52,608 bases of DNA from Candidatus Woesearchaeota archaeon. GTDB lineage: Archaea > Nanobdellota > Nanobdellia > Woesearchaeales > GW2011-AR4. Under the pieces are notes generated by a model. The model was not told where the DNA came from. It made no database searches and saw only the letters and a list, made by a program, of their open reading frames with translations. Below are positions 26,349 to 36,022 of this stretch, in pieces. Positions within the stretch are counted from its first letter, which is position 1, and every line of letters starts with the position of its first letter. Location: positions 1 to 52,608 of the forward strand of contig JAHWGX010000072.1 of NCBI GenBank assembly GCA_019323655.1, written 5' to 3'. A program made the position numbers and the translations under genes.

Positions 26349-26621
26349 TTAACTTGTTTCTATATCTTCTATTTCTTTTAATTTTGCATTGTTTAAGCTA
26401 CAATGCTTTTCTCCAGTTGATTGCTTGTTTATTAATATTCCTTCATCAAACAAATCCTTTATTGCTGTATCAACAATTTTTTCTCCACGTAAATGTTTTG
26501 GAACACAATTTCTTAAGTGAACAGTTTCTGTATGGGCGCCGCCAAATTTCCTCTTGTTTTTCAGCATCCTTATCATCTTCTTCTGGATGAAAATAATATC
26601 TTCTTTGCTGAATTTTGCCAT
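26349..26621 (-). CDS. Small (90 aa) uncharacterised, possibly DNA-binding protein, first gene of the pyrC-pyrE operon (copy 2)
   Basis: Paralog of 4690-4947 (GGAHTE...VPKHLRGEK...AIKDL...KQSTGEKHCSLN). Its stop is 1 nt before the pyrC start. Confidence 0.5.
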   Translation of the reverse strand: MAKFSKEDIIFIQKKMIRMLKNKRKFGGAHTETVHLRNCVPKHLRGEKIVDTAIKDLFDEGILINKQSTGEKHCSLNNAKLKEIEDIETS

Positions 26622-26665
26622 TAAAACAGAGGTTTAAAATGCCTATTTAAAACTTTTTAGATATG

Positions 26666-26679
26666 TTGCAAATTTGCAA
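26666..26679. promoter_or_regulatory. Perfect 14-nt palindrome TTGCAAATTTGCAA between the divergent promoters (candidate operator)
   Basis: Self-complementary sequence. It occupies the position equivalent to the 4627-4644 inverted repeat of the paralogous locus. Confidence 0.4.
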
Positions 26680-26690
26680 TGCTATTGTTA

Positions 26691-26712
26691 CAAAATAGAA
26701 ACATTTAAATAT
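26691..26712 (+). promoter_or_regulatory. Conserved promoter core of the wHTH gene, identical to 4607-4628
   Basis: CAAAATAGAAACATTTAAATAT, ending 22 nt upstream of the ATG at 26734. It supports that ATG as the true start. Confidence 0.6.
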
Positions 26713-26733
26713 AAGTGGATTCTTATTAGCAAT

Positions 26734-27066
26734 ATGAACTTTCAAGACGAAACAACAATATTCAGGGAATTATTTGGAGACACCCCAAAAGTAAGGATTT
26801 TAGAATACTTGCTGGAAGGAAGGGAGTTAGACCATTCTATGGGAGATATAGCAGAAGGCGCTGGGATAAACCGTGTTACGTTATTCAGGCTATGGCCCCA
26901 AATAGAAAAATCAAAATTAGTTTTGCGCACAAGAAATATAGGAAACGCTAAATTGTTCAAATTAAATATTAAGAATCCTTATGTAAAAAGCCTTGTTGAG
27001 TTATTTGATAAGCTAATAAATGGGGAATTTAAAAAATCAAGTGTGGAGAAGGAAATGAAACATTAG
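26734..27066 (+). CDS. Small winged-helix DNA-binding protein, copy 2 of the duplicated module
   Basis: 110 aa from the internal ATG. LEYLLEGRELDHSMGDIAEGAGINRVTLFRLW...GNAKLFKLN aligns with 4270-4584. Confidence 0.6.
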   Translation: MNFQDETTIFRELFGDTPKVRILEYLLEGRELDHSMGDIAEGAGINRVTLFRLWPQIEKSKLVLRTRNIGNAKLFKLNIKNPYVKSLVELFDKLINGEFKKSSVEKEMKH

Positions 27067-27155
27067 GTATTGTGCAGTACTGATATCTTCTTCTAGAATC
27101 TAACATATCCTGTAATTTTTAGATTAGTACTGTTTTACCTTTTTTATTGGAAAAA

Positions 27156-27974
27156 TTATGAGCGCGATGAATGATAATCTTTTAGGGCAACTTTCCTTCC
27201 GCTTTTTAGCCTTGCAAAACTGCCGAAATCCGGCATCTCATTTAATTGTTCTGAAGTAAAAACAGGCCCGTCTTTGCATACCAGTTTGCTATTGCACATG
27301 CACGATCCGCACACCCCAAACCCGCATTTCATTATCCGCTCTAAACTTGCTTCACAATCAATTTTATGCTTAGTGCATATATCCACAGCCTTTTTCATCA
27401 TTATCTCAGGGCCGCAGGTATAAACTATTTTTATTTTGTTTTTATCGTTATTCCCTAATAACTCGTCTAAGATATCTGTTGTAAACCCTTTCCTCCCATA
27501 ACTTCCGTCATCTGTTGCAACCAGCATATTTTGGTTTTTGAATCTCTTGAGGTAAAGAAGCAATTCCTTATTCCTCGCACCATTGATAATTGCAGGATTT
27601 TTCAGAACGTCAATTAAAGCAGACAAAGGGGCCATTCCTATCCCTCCGCCGACAATGCACGCATTGTCTTTTGCGGAAAAGCAGTTTCCGTAAGGCCCCC
27701 TTATGCCTACCTTATCGCCTTTTTTAAGGCCCAATAAAGCATGGGTAAACTTTCCAACTTTTTGTGTTGTAAATGCAAATTCATCCTTTCTTTTGTAAGA
27801 AACAGCCATCGGCCTTTCATCCAAGCCCGGAATCCAGACCATAATAAACTGCCCCGGCTTGCTGTCTATATTATTTTTGAAGAAAAATGATTTGACGCCT
27901 TTTGCCTCTTGAACAACTTTGTCTATTTCAAACATTTGGGGAATATCGTTTTTGCAGGTTTCATTGCATGGCAT
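27156..27974 (-). CDS. pyrK: Dihydroorotate dehydrogenase electron-transfer subunit (PyrK)
   Basis: 272 aa. FAD/NAD-binding ferredoxin-reductase fold (RPMAVS, GGGIGMAPL) and the C-terminal 2Fe-2S motif CGFGVCGSCMC. Confidence 0.8.
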   Translation of the reverse strand: MPCNETCKNDIPQMFEIDKVVQEAKGVKSFFFKNNIDSKPGQFIMVWIPGLDERPMAVSYKRKDEFAFTTQKVGKFTHALLGLKKGDKVGIRGPYGNCFSAKDNACIVGGGIGMAPLSALIDVLKNPAIINGARNKELLLYLKRFKNQNMLVATDDGSYGRKGFTTDILDELLGNNDKNKIKIVYTCGPEIMMKKAVDICTKHKIDCEASLERIMKCGFGVCGSCMCNSKLVCKDGPVFTSEQLNEMPDFGSFARLKSGRKVALKDYHSSRS

Positions 27975-28141
27975 TTTTCGTTAACCTTTATTTTCAACTT
28001 AAACAATTATTTGCTCAGTTATTTCTTATTTTACACATTCTCTCTTTTAACATTGAAAAAAAATTAATAATAATTCTAAAATTTTCTTAATGTCGATTAG
28101 ACGGAAAATTTCATCTTATTCTGTTTCTGAAATTTATTGTT

Positions 28142-29050
28142 TTATTTATGTGCCGCCCCCCTTATCTCATCCAGGCTTTTTACTTTGTTTTTCTTCATCC
28201 AATCCTGCATTTCATCGCACACTTTTTTGAAAACACCTATGCCGCGGAAATAAACGCCTGTCCCTATTCCGACGGCAGTAGCGCCTGCCATTATCATCTC
28301 CAAGGCATCCCTTCCGTAAGTAACCCCTCCCGTGCCTATAATGGGTATTTTTACTGTCTGGTAAATGTCATAAATGCATCTAACAGTCACCGGTTTAACC
28401 ATCGGGCCGCTTAGTCCGCCTACTTTGAAGTCCATAACAGGCTTTTTTGCATCAATGTTTATTATCATCCCCGGACCGTGGGTGTTCCCCATATTGATTG
28501 CATCGGCCCCTGCTTTTTCTGCAGCTTCTGCGATTTTTCCTATTTCCTGGGTATTGGGGGAAAGCTTCACAATAACAGGAAGTTTTGTATTTTTCTTTAC
28601 GGCTTTTGTTATCTCATATGTTGCTTTAGGAGTGCTTTGGCCTGCTAAGGTTCCGAAACCCGGAGTATGGGGGCATGATAATGGAATTTCTACAGCTGCA
28701 AATTCATCAGACAGGAAACTTTTTGCCATATATGCAAAATCCTCTTTTGTGGTTCCGATAATGCTTGCAATAACCGGAGCATTAACCCCCTTAAGGCTGG
28801 AAAATTCTTTTTTTGACGATTCCAGTCCAGCATTAGAGTATCCCACGGCATTCATCATGCCTCCCTCAAAAGCAATAACAGTAGGGTTATTGTGGCCAAA
28901 CCTCTCATCTTTGCTTACAGACTTGATAATTACAGCGCCTGCTCCGGAATTTGCAACTCTGATTAAGGATTCCCTGGTTACCCCTAAAACTCCTGAAGCA
29001 AGTACAGTTGGGTTGCGTAGCTTTATCCCGCATAAATTTGTCTGGAGCAT
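28142..29050 (-). CDS. pyrD: Dihydroorotate dehydrogenase catalytic subunit, class 1B
   Basis: 302 aa. NPTVLASG, EIPLSCPHTPG, GGLSGP.VKP, GTGGV. Sits between pyrI and pyrK. Confidence 0.85.
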   Translation of the reverse strand: MLQTNLCGIKLRNPTVLASGVLGVTRESLIRVANSGAGAVIIKSVSKDERFGHNNPTVIAFEGGMMNAVGYSNAGLESSKKEFSSLKGVNAPVIASIIGTTKEDFAYMAKSFLSDEFAAVEIPLSCPHTPGFGTLAGQSTPKATYEITKAVKKNTKLPVIVKLSPNTQEIGKIAEAAEKAGADAINMGNTHGPGMIINIDAKKPVMDFKVGGLSGPMVKPVTVRCIYDIYQTVKIPIIGTGGVTYGRDALEMIMAGATAVGIGTGVYFRGIGVFKKVCDEMQDWMKKNKVKSLDEIRGAAHK

Positions 29051-29051
29051 T

Positions 29052-30514
<1,463 letters not shown>

Positions 30515-30640
30515 CTATACCCAAACCATGGTACCATATTGAGAAATAGGGCTGGTTTTATAAATGTTTTGTAAAGGTGCCTGGTGCGAGAGTGGTTAGT
30601 TTAGAATAAAACAGAGTGATATGGTTGTTAAGTTCAATCT

Positions 30641-30662
30641 CCGAGTTTTAACGGAAAGCCCC
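30641..30662. repeat. Inverted-repeat arm (CCGAGTTTTAACGGAAAGCCCC), partner at 31598-31615
   Basis: The reverse complement GGGGCTTTCCGTTAAAACTCGG matches GGGGCTTTCCTAACTCGG apart from small indels. The two arms bracket the TPR gene. Confidence 0.6.
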
Positions 30663-30679
30663 TTATTGTATATTACATC

Positions 30680-31561
30680 TTAACTAAGAGAACTAAACCA
30701 ATTATCATTAGAGAAGTCAACAATATCCTCAATTGGTTTATGTAGTTTACATATTCTAGGATATGCCTTATGGAGGTTATACTCGCAAGAACAATAACCC
30801 AATAGAGAATCAGAGATTATTTTAAGTTTATCATCATTGCTTATTTCCCATTCAACATTGGTTGTTGAATTAAAAAAATCTAGATATAGAGGTAATGCTT
30901 CATCACATTGTTCATTAAATAAATATCTTTGAGCTTTACAACTCAAAATTGGTGGATTAAATCTAATAAATTCCTCTTCAATTTTATTTAACCATCTAAT
31001 AGATTCTGGATAATTTTGTTGGTATAAATACACATCTGAAATAGCCTGATTTACAGAGTTACAAAAAGACAGTTTTTTATCATTAAATATCAAATACCAT
31101 TCATCACAACCAACTAAAGCATTCTCAAAATATTGTAAAGCTCCACTCAGATTTCCTTCATAAAATTCTATATATCCTAATTTGTACCATGCTGATGAAG
31201 CATCAACATTTAATTTAGTTACTTTAAGAAATTGTTCTTTTGCTTTTTCATAATCTCCTTCTTGTTTATATTTCATTCCCAATTCATATTCCTTGTAACT
31301 TATATCATATAATGCATTTTTATCTGCTTGGATCTTATATTGGTTGGTCAATTCACAACTGGAATCTACACATATTTGTCCATCATTATTTCCTTCTACT
31401 ACAATTTGTGTATTGTTATCTCCAATAATAAAATTTTTAATTACAAATTTACCTCCAATGAAAAGACAAATTACTAAAGCGAGCACTCCTATCATAATTG
31501 AAACTTTTTCCCATTTTTTCAAACGTTTAAAATCTCTTTTCCATTCCTTAAATGTTGCCAT
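30680..31561 (-). CDS. Membrane-anchored TPR-repeat protein
   Basis: 293 aa. One N-terminal TM helix, then TPR-like repeats (AWYKLGYIEFYEGNLSGALQYFENAL) and a Cys-rich C-terminus. Confidence 0.55.
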   Translation of the reverse strand: MATFKEWKRDFKRLKKWEKVSIMIGVLALVICLFIGGKFVIKNFIIGDNNTQIVVEGNNDGQICVDSSCELTNQYKIQADKNALYDISYKEYELGMKYKQEGDYEKAKEQFLKVTKLNVDASSAWYKLGYIEFYEGNLSGALQYFENALVGCDEWYLIFNDKKLSFCNSVNQAISDVYLYQQNYPESIRWLNKIEEEFIRFNPPILSCKAQRYLFNEQCDEALPLYLDFFNSTTNVEWEISNDDKLKIISDSLLGYCSCEYNLHKAYPRICKLHKPIEDIVDFSNDNWFSSLS

Positions 31562-31597
31562 ATAAACTGCTAAATTATCTAAATTAATAAATTTATC

Positions 31598-31615
31598 GGG
31601 GCTTTCCTAACTCGG
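31598..31615. repeat. Inverted-repeat arm (GGGGCTTTCCTAACTCGG), partner at 30641-30662
   Basis: See the partner entry. Located 37 nt upstream of the TPR gene start. Confidence 0.6.
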
Positions 31616-31690
31616 CGACTTTGCGGACGCAGTTTTCCCACACTTCATATAGGAAAAGGATTAAACAGGAACTTCCGTTGTCAAATACAA

Positions 31691-31730
31691 TCAGAAATCA
31701 GTGCTAAATTTTAAGTATGGGGCTGGGCTT
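31691..31730. repeat. Inverted-repeat arm (TCAGAAATCAGTGC...GGGGCTGGGCTT), partner at 32850-32918
   Basis: A 12-nt perfect core GGGGCTGGGCTT and a 14-nt outer block TCAGAAATCAGTGC both recur, inverted, at the other side of the two-gene unit. Confidence 0.65.
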
Positions 31731-31731
31731 T

Positions 31732-32397
31732 TCACTTAAGGTCTTCTATGATAACATTCATTATTTTGCTTTCTGCTTTCTTTAAATGATTTTGAAGGGT
31801 TGTCCTGGGAATTTTTAATTTGTTTGCCAATTCTTTAATAGAAATCTTTTTAGGATACATATAGTAACCATATTTATAAGCACACTCAATTGCAAAAGCC
31901 TGTTTGTCAGTTAAATTGGTCAAATAATGCTGGATGAAAACAGCAGGAAACTCTTTCTTTAGCTTTAAAATATTCACATCTGCAAACTTTTTTAATTCTG
32001 TATAAAATTTATTTAACGTTCTTTTATCCCAACTGCCCAATTCCCAATATTCAAATCCTTTATATGTTCTAATAGGCCTAACAAAGAAAAGGTTGCTGTC
32101 ATATGCATGGCTGACAGCTTCTTCCAATTTAATCAATGTGTATAGCTGATTTCCTTTCCTCTTATATTTGATTATTCTTTTATCATTCCTTAAGGATTTG
32201 AAAAATTTATTTTTTTCTTCATCAGAACCTTTTATCCAACTGATGTTTGTATGGTATTTCTGCCCATCTTTTTCAAATAAGCTTAGTGTGTAACCAAATT
32301 CTTCAATATCATACTTAAGTGTCCTTGGAATAATCCAGCACCCTTTATGTTTAATTCTAAACTTTCCCACCCACATGAATATGGGAAGCAGCTTCAT
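31732..32397 (-). CDS. HTH_10 (Bat-type) DNA-binding regulator
   Basis: C-terminus LTDKQAFAIECAYKYGYYMYPKKISIKELANKLKIPRTTLQNHLKKAESK is the classic archaeal HTH_10 pattern. N-terminus has H.GCW. Start uncertain: ATG 32397, or ATG 32376 if leaderless from the TATA box at about 32400-32410. Confidence 0.6.
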   Translation of the reverse strand: MKLLPIFMWVGKFRIKHKGCWIIPRTLKYDIEEFGYTLSLFEKDGQKYHTNISWIKGSDEEKNKFFKSLRNDKRIIKYKRKGNQLYTLIKLEEAVSHAYDSNLFFVRPIRTYKGFEYWELGSWDKRTLNKFYTELKKFADVNILKLKKEFPAVFIQHYLTNLTDKQAFAIECAYKYGYYMYPKKISIKELANKLKIPRTTLQNHLKKAESKIMNVIIEDLK

Positions 32398-32470
32398 ATT
32401 TATAAAAATAACCAAATAATAGTCTTATGACTACTAAAAATTATTATTAGTCAACAAATTTCCAACAGTC

Positions 32471-32851
32471 ATGCCCTATTACGGAGAGGTTAACGGAAGA
32501 TTGATTGCAAAGAAAGGTCTTGCAAGAGGTGCATGTGATGACCACCAGCGCCATGAAGATATCAGCAAAATATTAGATGAAGCAGGACAAGAAGTAAAAA
32601 GTTGTCTAGAAAATGTCTTAACTATTGAAGGCATAACTGAAGCGGGGCAATCCAGACCATTAAAAGACTGCTACTTTGGCCTAGCTTCTTATTGGGACGC
32701 TTTCTTGCACACAGGAAGAATTGGTTCTCCATTAGGCGTATTTGACATGCATGTAACTGGTGAAACAAAAAAGGCCGTTGAGTTTGCATTATATTTCATA
32801 GACAGATATCTATGGATTGAGGATAGTAATACTAAAGTTAAGAAAATATAA
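32471..32851 (+). CDS. Hypothetical protein (126 aa)
   Basis: ORF divergent from the HTH_10 gene. Its stop codon overlaps the inverted-repeat core. No motif recognised. Confidence 0.4.
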   Translation: MPYYGEVNGRLIAKKGLARGACDDHQRHEDISKILDEAGQEVKSCLENVLTIEGITEAGQSRPLKDCYFGLASYWDAFLHTGRIGSPLGVFDMHVTGETKKAVEFALYFIDRYLWIEDSNTKVKKI

Positions 32852-32918
32852 GCCCAGCCCCTTGATACTTTTGTTGAATATATCGCATTCGCTCAGTCAA
32901 AGACGCACCTATTTCTGA
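32850..32918. repeat. Inverted-repeat arm (AAGCCCAGCCCC...GCACCTATTTCTGA), partner at 31691-31730
   Basis: Contains the exact reverse complement of GGGGCTGGGCTT, a shared ATACTT block, and GCACCTATTTCTGA (12 of 14 match to the partner). About 30 nt of extra sequence lies between the blocks. Confidence 0.65.
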
Positions 32919-33035
32919 CTTGTGGAAAGCTCAGCTTCTAAGCAAACAAGTTTGGGCTGTGCCAAAACAAGATTGTAAGCGGATATTAACTATATCAAAG
33001 AAAGGGGAAGGCCAAAATGGGTTAAAGAGTTTACA

Positions 33036-33662
33036 TTAAATGAAGTTAAAGTAGTCTAAAAATTTTTTATAAATTTCTGTAAATTCGTCTTCTTCATTGG
33101 TAATATCAAATTTCTGTAGAATCAAACAGAAGAGCCATTCTCCATCAGGAGAAACAATAAATAAGGAATCGCTAATCGCACCCGGCTCTATGGGGATTAT
33201 AATTCTTCCGGTTATGGCTTCTCTTCCCTTAAAATTAATTTTTTCCGATTTTTTTAAAACTGGACCTTCTTCAAACCAGGAATATGCCTCTGTTTCCCAG
33301 TCAGCATCTAATTGGACAATATTAACTGCCATGATAGCGATTTCGTTTAAATTTTCTTCAGTAGGTTTTTCCTGAGAAGATATTACTGCAAAAGAAGATC
33401 CTCCGGTATAAGCATTCTTTTCTCCAAAACCGCCATAAGGTTCCCAATCTTCAGGATACTTCATTTCAAATCCATACTCCTCGTTCCTATAAGTTTTCCA
33501 ATCGGCAGTTTCAACTTCTTTAGCTTCAAGTTGTTCTTCAGATTTCACATCCGGCTCAAGGGCTGGTTGCACTTGGGGTTGTGTTAGTTGTTCATCAGGC
33601 TTTTGAGCGCACGCACTAACAAACAGCATTAAAATAATTATAATCATATGAACTAGTCTCAT
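33036..33662 (-). CDS. Secreted/lipoprotein-like protein, unknown function
   Basis: 208 aa. Signal peptide with a lipobox-like LFVSAC, an acidic P/Q/E linker, then WKTYRNEEYGFEMKYPEDW. Confidence 0.5.
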   Translation of the reverse strand: MRLVHMIIIILMLFVSACAQKPDEQLTQPQVQPALEPDVKSEEQLEAKEVETADWKTYRNEEYGFEMKYPEDWEPYGGFGEKNAYTGGSSFAVISSQEKPTEENLNEIAIMAVNIVQLDADWETEAYSWFEEGPVLKKSEKINFKGREAITGRIIIPIEPGAISDSLFIVSPDGEWLFCLILQKFDITNEEDEFTEIYKKFLDYFNFI

Positions 33663-33824
33663 TTTAAAATGTCCTATATTCTTATTAATTTTAATTATAC
33701 ACTTACCTTTAGTTTATTTAAATATTTTTATATTTTCGGATTGTGCACATTCTTTTTTTTAGAATTAAAGGTTCATCTATTTTGGATGAAGTTGCAAATC
33801 AAAGATTAAAGTTTTATACAATAA

Positions 33825-34280
33825 TTACTTCACACTCCCAAAATACTCCTTAACCCTCTCAACTATAGACTTCAAGTAAAACTTCTCAATCTTTTCCTCA
33901 AAAATTGCGCTTAGCTCTTCAAACTCAGCAATCCTGTAAGAGTTTTTTACTTTTTCAACTAAAAACAAGTCCCTGAGCCTTTTTATCTGCCTCCTTATAT
34001 TTGAGGATGCCACCCCAGAAAGTGCAAGGTTGCTTCTTTTTCTCGAATTTATAACATCTTTTACAATTTCCTCGCTTGCCAGGAGTTTTTTTTGCCTTTT
34101 GGCTTTCAGCAAAACATGCAGAACATCCACAACAACATCTCTTGAGTCGCCTGGCTGCAATAACCCCACAGACAGGCATAGCTTCCTCACAATTTCCCTT
34201 TCAGAAAGCCTTGACGGCTTCTCATATCTTCTTAAGGTTATCTCCGCCAGAGGAATTTCCTTTGATATTGTCTTTTTCAT
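33825..34280 (-). CDS. Hypothetical protein, possible winged-helix DNA-binding protein
   Basis: 151 aa, basic and helical (LSEREIVRKLCLSVGLLQPGDSRDVVVDVL...). The assignment is weak. Confidence 0.35.
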   Translation of the reverse strand: MKKTISKEIPLAEITLRRYEKPSRLSEREIVRKLCLSVGLLQPGDSRDVVVDVLHVLLKAKRQKKLLASEEIVKDVINSRKRSNLALSGVASSNIRRQIKRLRDLFLVEKVKNSYRIAEFEELSAIFEEKIEKFYLKSIVERVKEYFGSVK

Positions 34281-34409
34281 TTTTTATTATAAATTTTCAG
34301 CAATGATAAAGATTACCCATTATATTGATTATTTATTAAGCTTTCTTTTTTGTAAAGTAAAGCTGTAAATCATGCAATTTTAAGAAAAGCTTAACAAATA
34401 AATTCCGCC

Positions 34410-34599
34410 GCACTAAAAAATGCTTCGCATTTTTGGTGCCCCAAAAATCCTATGGATTTTTTAGGGCTTCGCGGCAAAATTCAGTCTCGGAAAAAATTGT
34501 CTGGGAGGAAAGCGGGCGAGAGCATCTGCTTAAGCGAACTCTCGCAATTCACGAATTTTTGCCTCGGGTTTATTGCAATAGATATGCGAGGCTTTTTTT
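34410..34599 (+). ncRNA. Candidate structured ncRNA / hairpin-dense intergenic block
   Basis: Locally GC-richer about 190 nt. Consecutive hairpins at 34410-34439, 34440-34466 and 34516-34545. Long-range pairing of GGCAAAATTC (34473-34482) with GAATTTTTGCC (34553-34563). Terminal hairpin GCCTCG...CGAGGC followed by T7 (34593-34599). Confidence 0.3.
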
Positions 34600-34815
34600 A
34601 GTGGCAGTCAAAAAAAGCCGAGCACTAAATATTGTGAGCGCGACAGCGCGAACATATTGAAATCTGACTATAGAAATATATGTTAACATAAAATTGCAGG
34701 GCAAATTTAAAATAGCGAATATAACCTTAAGAATTTGTTTAATATCTTTTATTAATCCGTTTACACACTCAAAAACAGAAATATTATTAAATATTTGAAA
34801 AATAACCGCAGATAC

Positions 34816-35451
34816 ATGAAAAAAAGCTTGGTGATAGTCTTCATAATAATCTTAGTTTCATTTCTTATTGGCATATATTTTTATCCTCAGATGCCTGACA
34901 GGATGGCATCTCACTGGAACGCAAAAGGGAGTGTTGACGGCTACATGCCAAAATTCTGGGGCTTGTTTTTAATGCCCATAATTTCTGCAGTAATGCTGGT
35001 TATGTTTATCCTAATCCCTAAGATAGACCCCTTAAAGCAAAACATAAAAAAATTCAGGAAATATTTTGACTGGTTTGTAGTGCTTATTATTGTTTTTTTA
35101 TTTTACATTTACCTGTTGGCTATTATCTGGAACCTTGGTTTTGTGTTTAATATGACCAATATGATGCTTCCGGCACTGGGAATATTATTTTATTACGCTG
35201 GAATTCTTACCGAGAATGCAAAAAGGAACTGGTTTATTGGCATCAGGACGCCCTGGACATTAAGCAGCAACAAAGTCTGGGAAAAGACGCACAAGCTGGG
35301 TGGAAAACTGTTTAAGATTGCGGCTTTATTTGCTTTTGTGGGCATACTGTTCCAGGATTACGCATTGTGGTTTGTGCTTGTGCCTGCAATATCCCTTGCA
35401 GTATATACCATTTTTTATTCCTACTTTGAATACAAAAAACAAGTTAAATAA
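34816..35451 (+). CDS. SdpI/DUF1648-family membrane protein
   Basis: Start at ATG 34816. MASHWNAKGSVDGYMPKFWG (DUF1648-like) and NWFIGIRTPWTLSS (SdpI-like). Multiple TM helices. Confidence 0.65.
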   Translation: MKKSLVIVFIIILVSFLIGIYFYPQMPDRMASHWNAKGSVDGYMPKFWGLFLMPIISAVMLVMFILIPKIDPLKQNIKKFRKYFDWFVVLIIVFLFYIYLLAIIWNLGFVFNMTNMMLPALGILFYYAGILTENAKRNWFIGIRTPWTLSSNKVWEKTHKLGGKLFKIAALFAFVGILFQDYALWFVLVPAISLAVYTIFYSYFEYKKQVK

Positions 35452-35499
35452 ACTTAAAACCAAAACATATTTATAAACAGAAAATACAGTCAGATTAAG

Positions 35500-35958
35500 A
35501 TGGCACAGGAAGAAGCACTCCAGCAATCAAAACAGCACAGCGGATTTTTTCGCAGCAAGGACTTGTCTGCCCAGCCTGACCTAAGCTTCTTTACCCGGGA
35601 CATAGGCAATTTAAGCAGAAGGCTTAGGCTTATAGAGGAAAGCTTTACTAACATAAGGATGGCTTTGCAGGTTACAGAGCAGAATATGCTCAGCAAAAAT
35701 AAAGCATTTTCCACAGACATACGCACCCTTAACTCTGATGTAAGGGACATTAATAAGGAAATCTCGGAAATAAAGGAAAGAATAATTGACATGGTAAAAG
35801 AGCTGAAAGAGAGCGCAAAAAGGGAGGAAGTAAAAGTTTTGGAAAAATACCTGGATTACTGGAGCCCTATTAAATTCGTCACGCAAAATGAAGTTGAGGA
35901 GGTTGTCAGGGAGATTCTCAGAAGAATAGATTCTGAAACAAAAGAATCCAAAGAATAA
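35500..35958 (+). CDS. Coiled-coil protein, unknown function
   Basis: 152 aa, heptad-rich and charged. No enzymatic motif. Confidence 0.45.
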   Translation: MAQEEALQQSKQHSGFFRSKDLSAQPDLSFFTRDIGNLSRRLRLIEESFTNIRMALQVTEQNMLSKNKAFSTDIRTLNSDVRDINKEISEIKERIIDMVKELKESAKREEVKVLEKYLDYWSPIKFVTQNEVEEVVREILRRIDSETKESKE

Positions 35959-36022
35959 ATAGAAATATTTATATAGCTTTTATAGTAGTATTGCACATTG
36001 CTTTTAAAAAAGAGGTGAGTAG

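Noticed and set aside
30641-32918. Idea that the repeat-flanked genes are integron cassettes with attC sites
   Set aside because: No IntI-type tyrosine recombinase or attI is present in the window. The repeats bracket genes on both sides rather than forming a single folded attC at each 3' end. I could not find convincing R''/R' (RYYYAAC/GTTRRRY) core sites.
34503-34517. GGGAGGAAAGCGGGC resembles the RNase P RNA CR-I motif (GAGGAAAGUCCGGGC), with GCUUAAG 15 nt downstream resembling the P4 3' strand
   Set aside because: The two motif-like strings are only about 15 nt apart, with no room for the rest of the catalytic or specificity domains. The UCC of CR-I is missing and no other conserved regions are visible. 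It is probably coincidental. Only an Infernal scan could revive the idea.
34433-34660. 75-aa ORF inside the hairpin-dense intergenic block
   Set aside because: It has no start context, an Arg/Ser-rich odd composition, and is built from palindromic DNA. The region is better explained as structured non-coding sequence.
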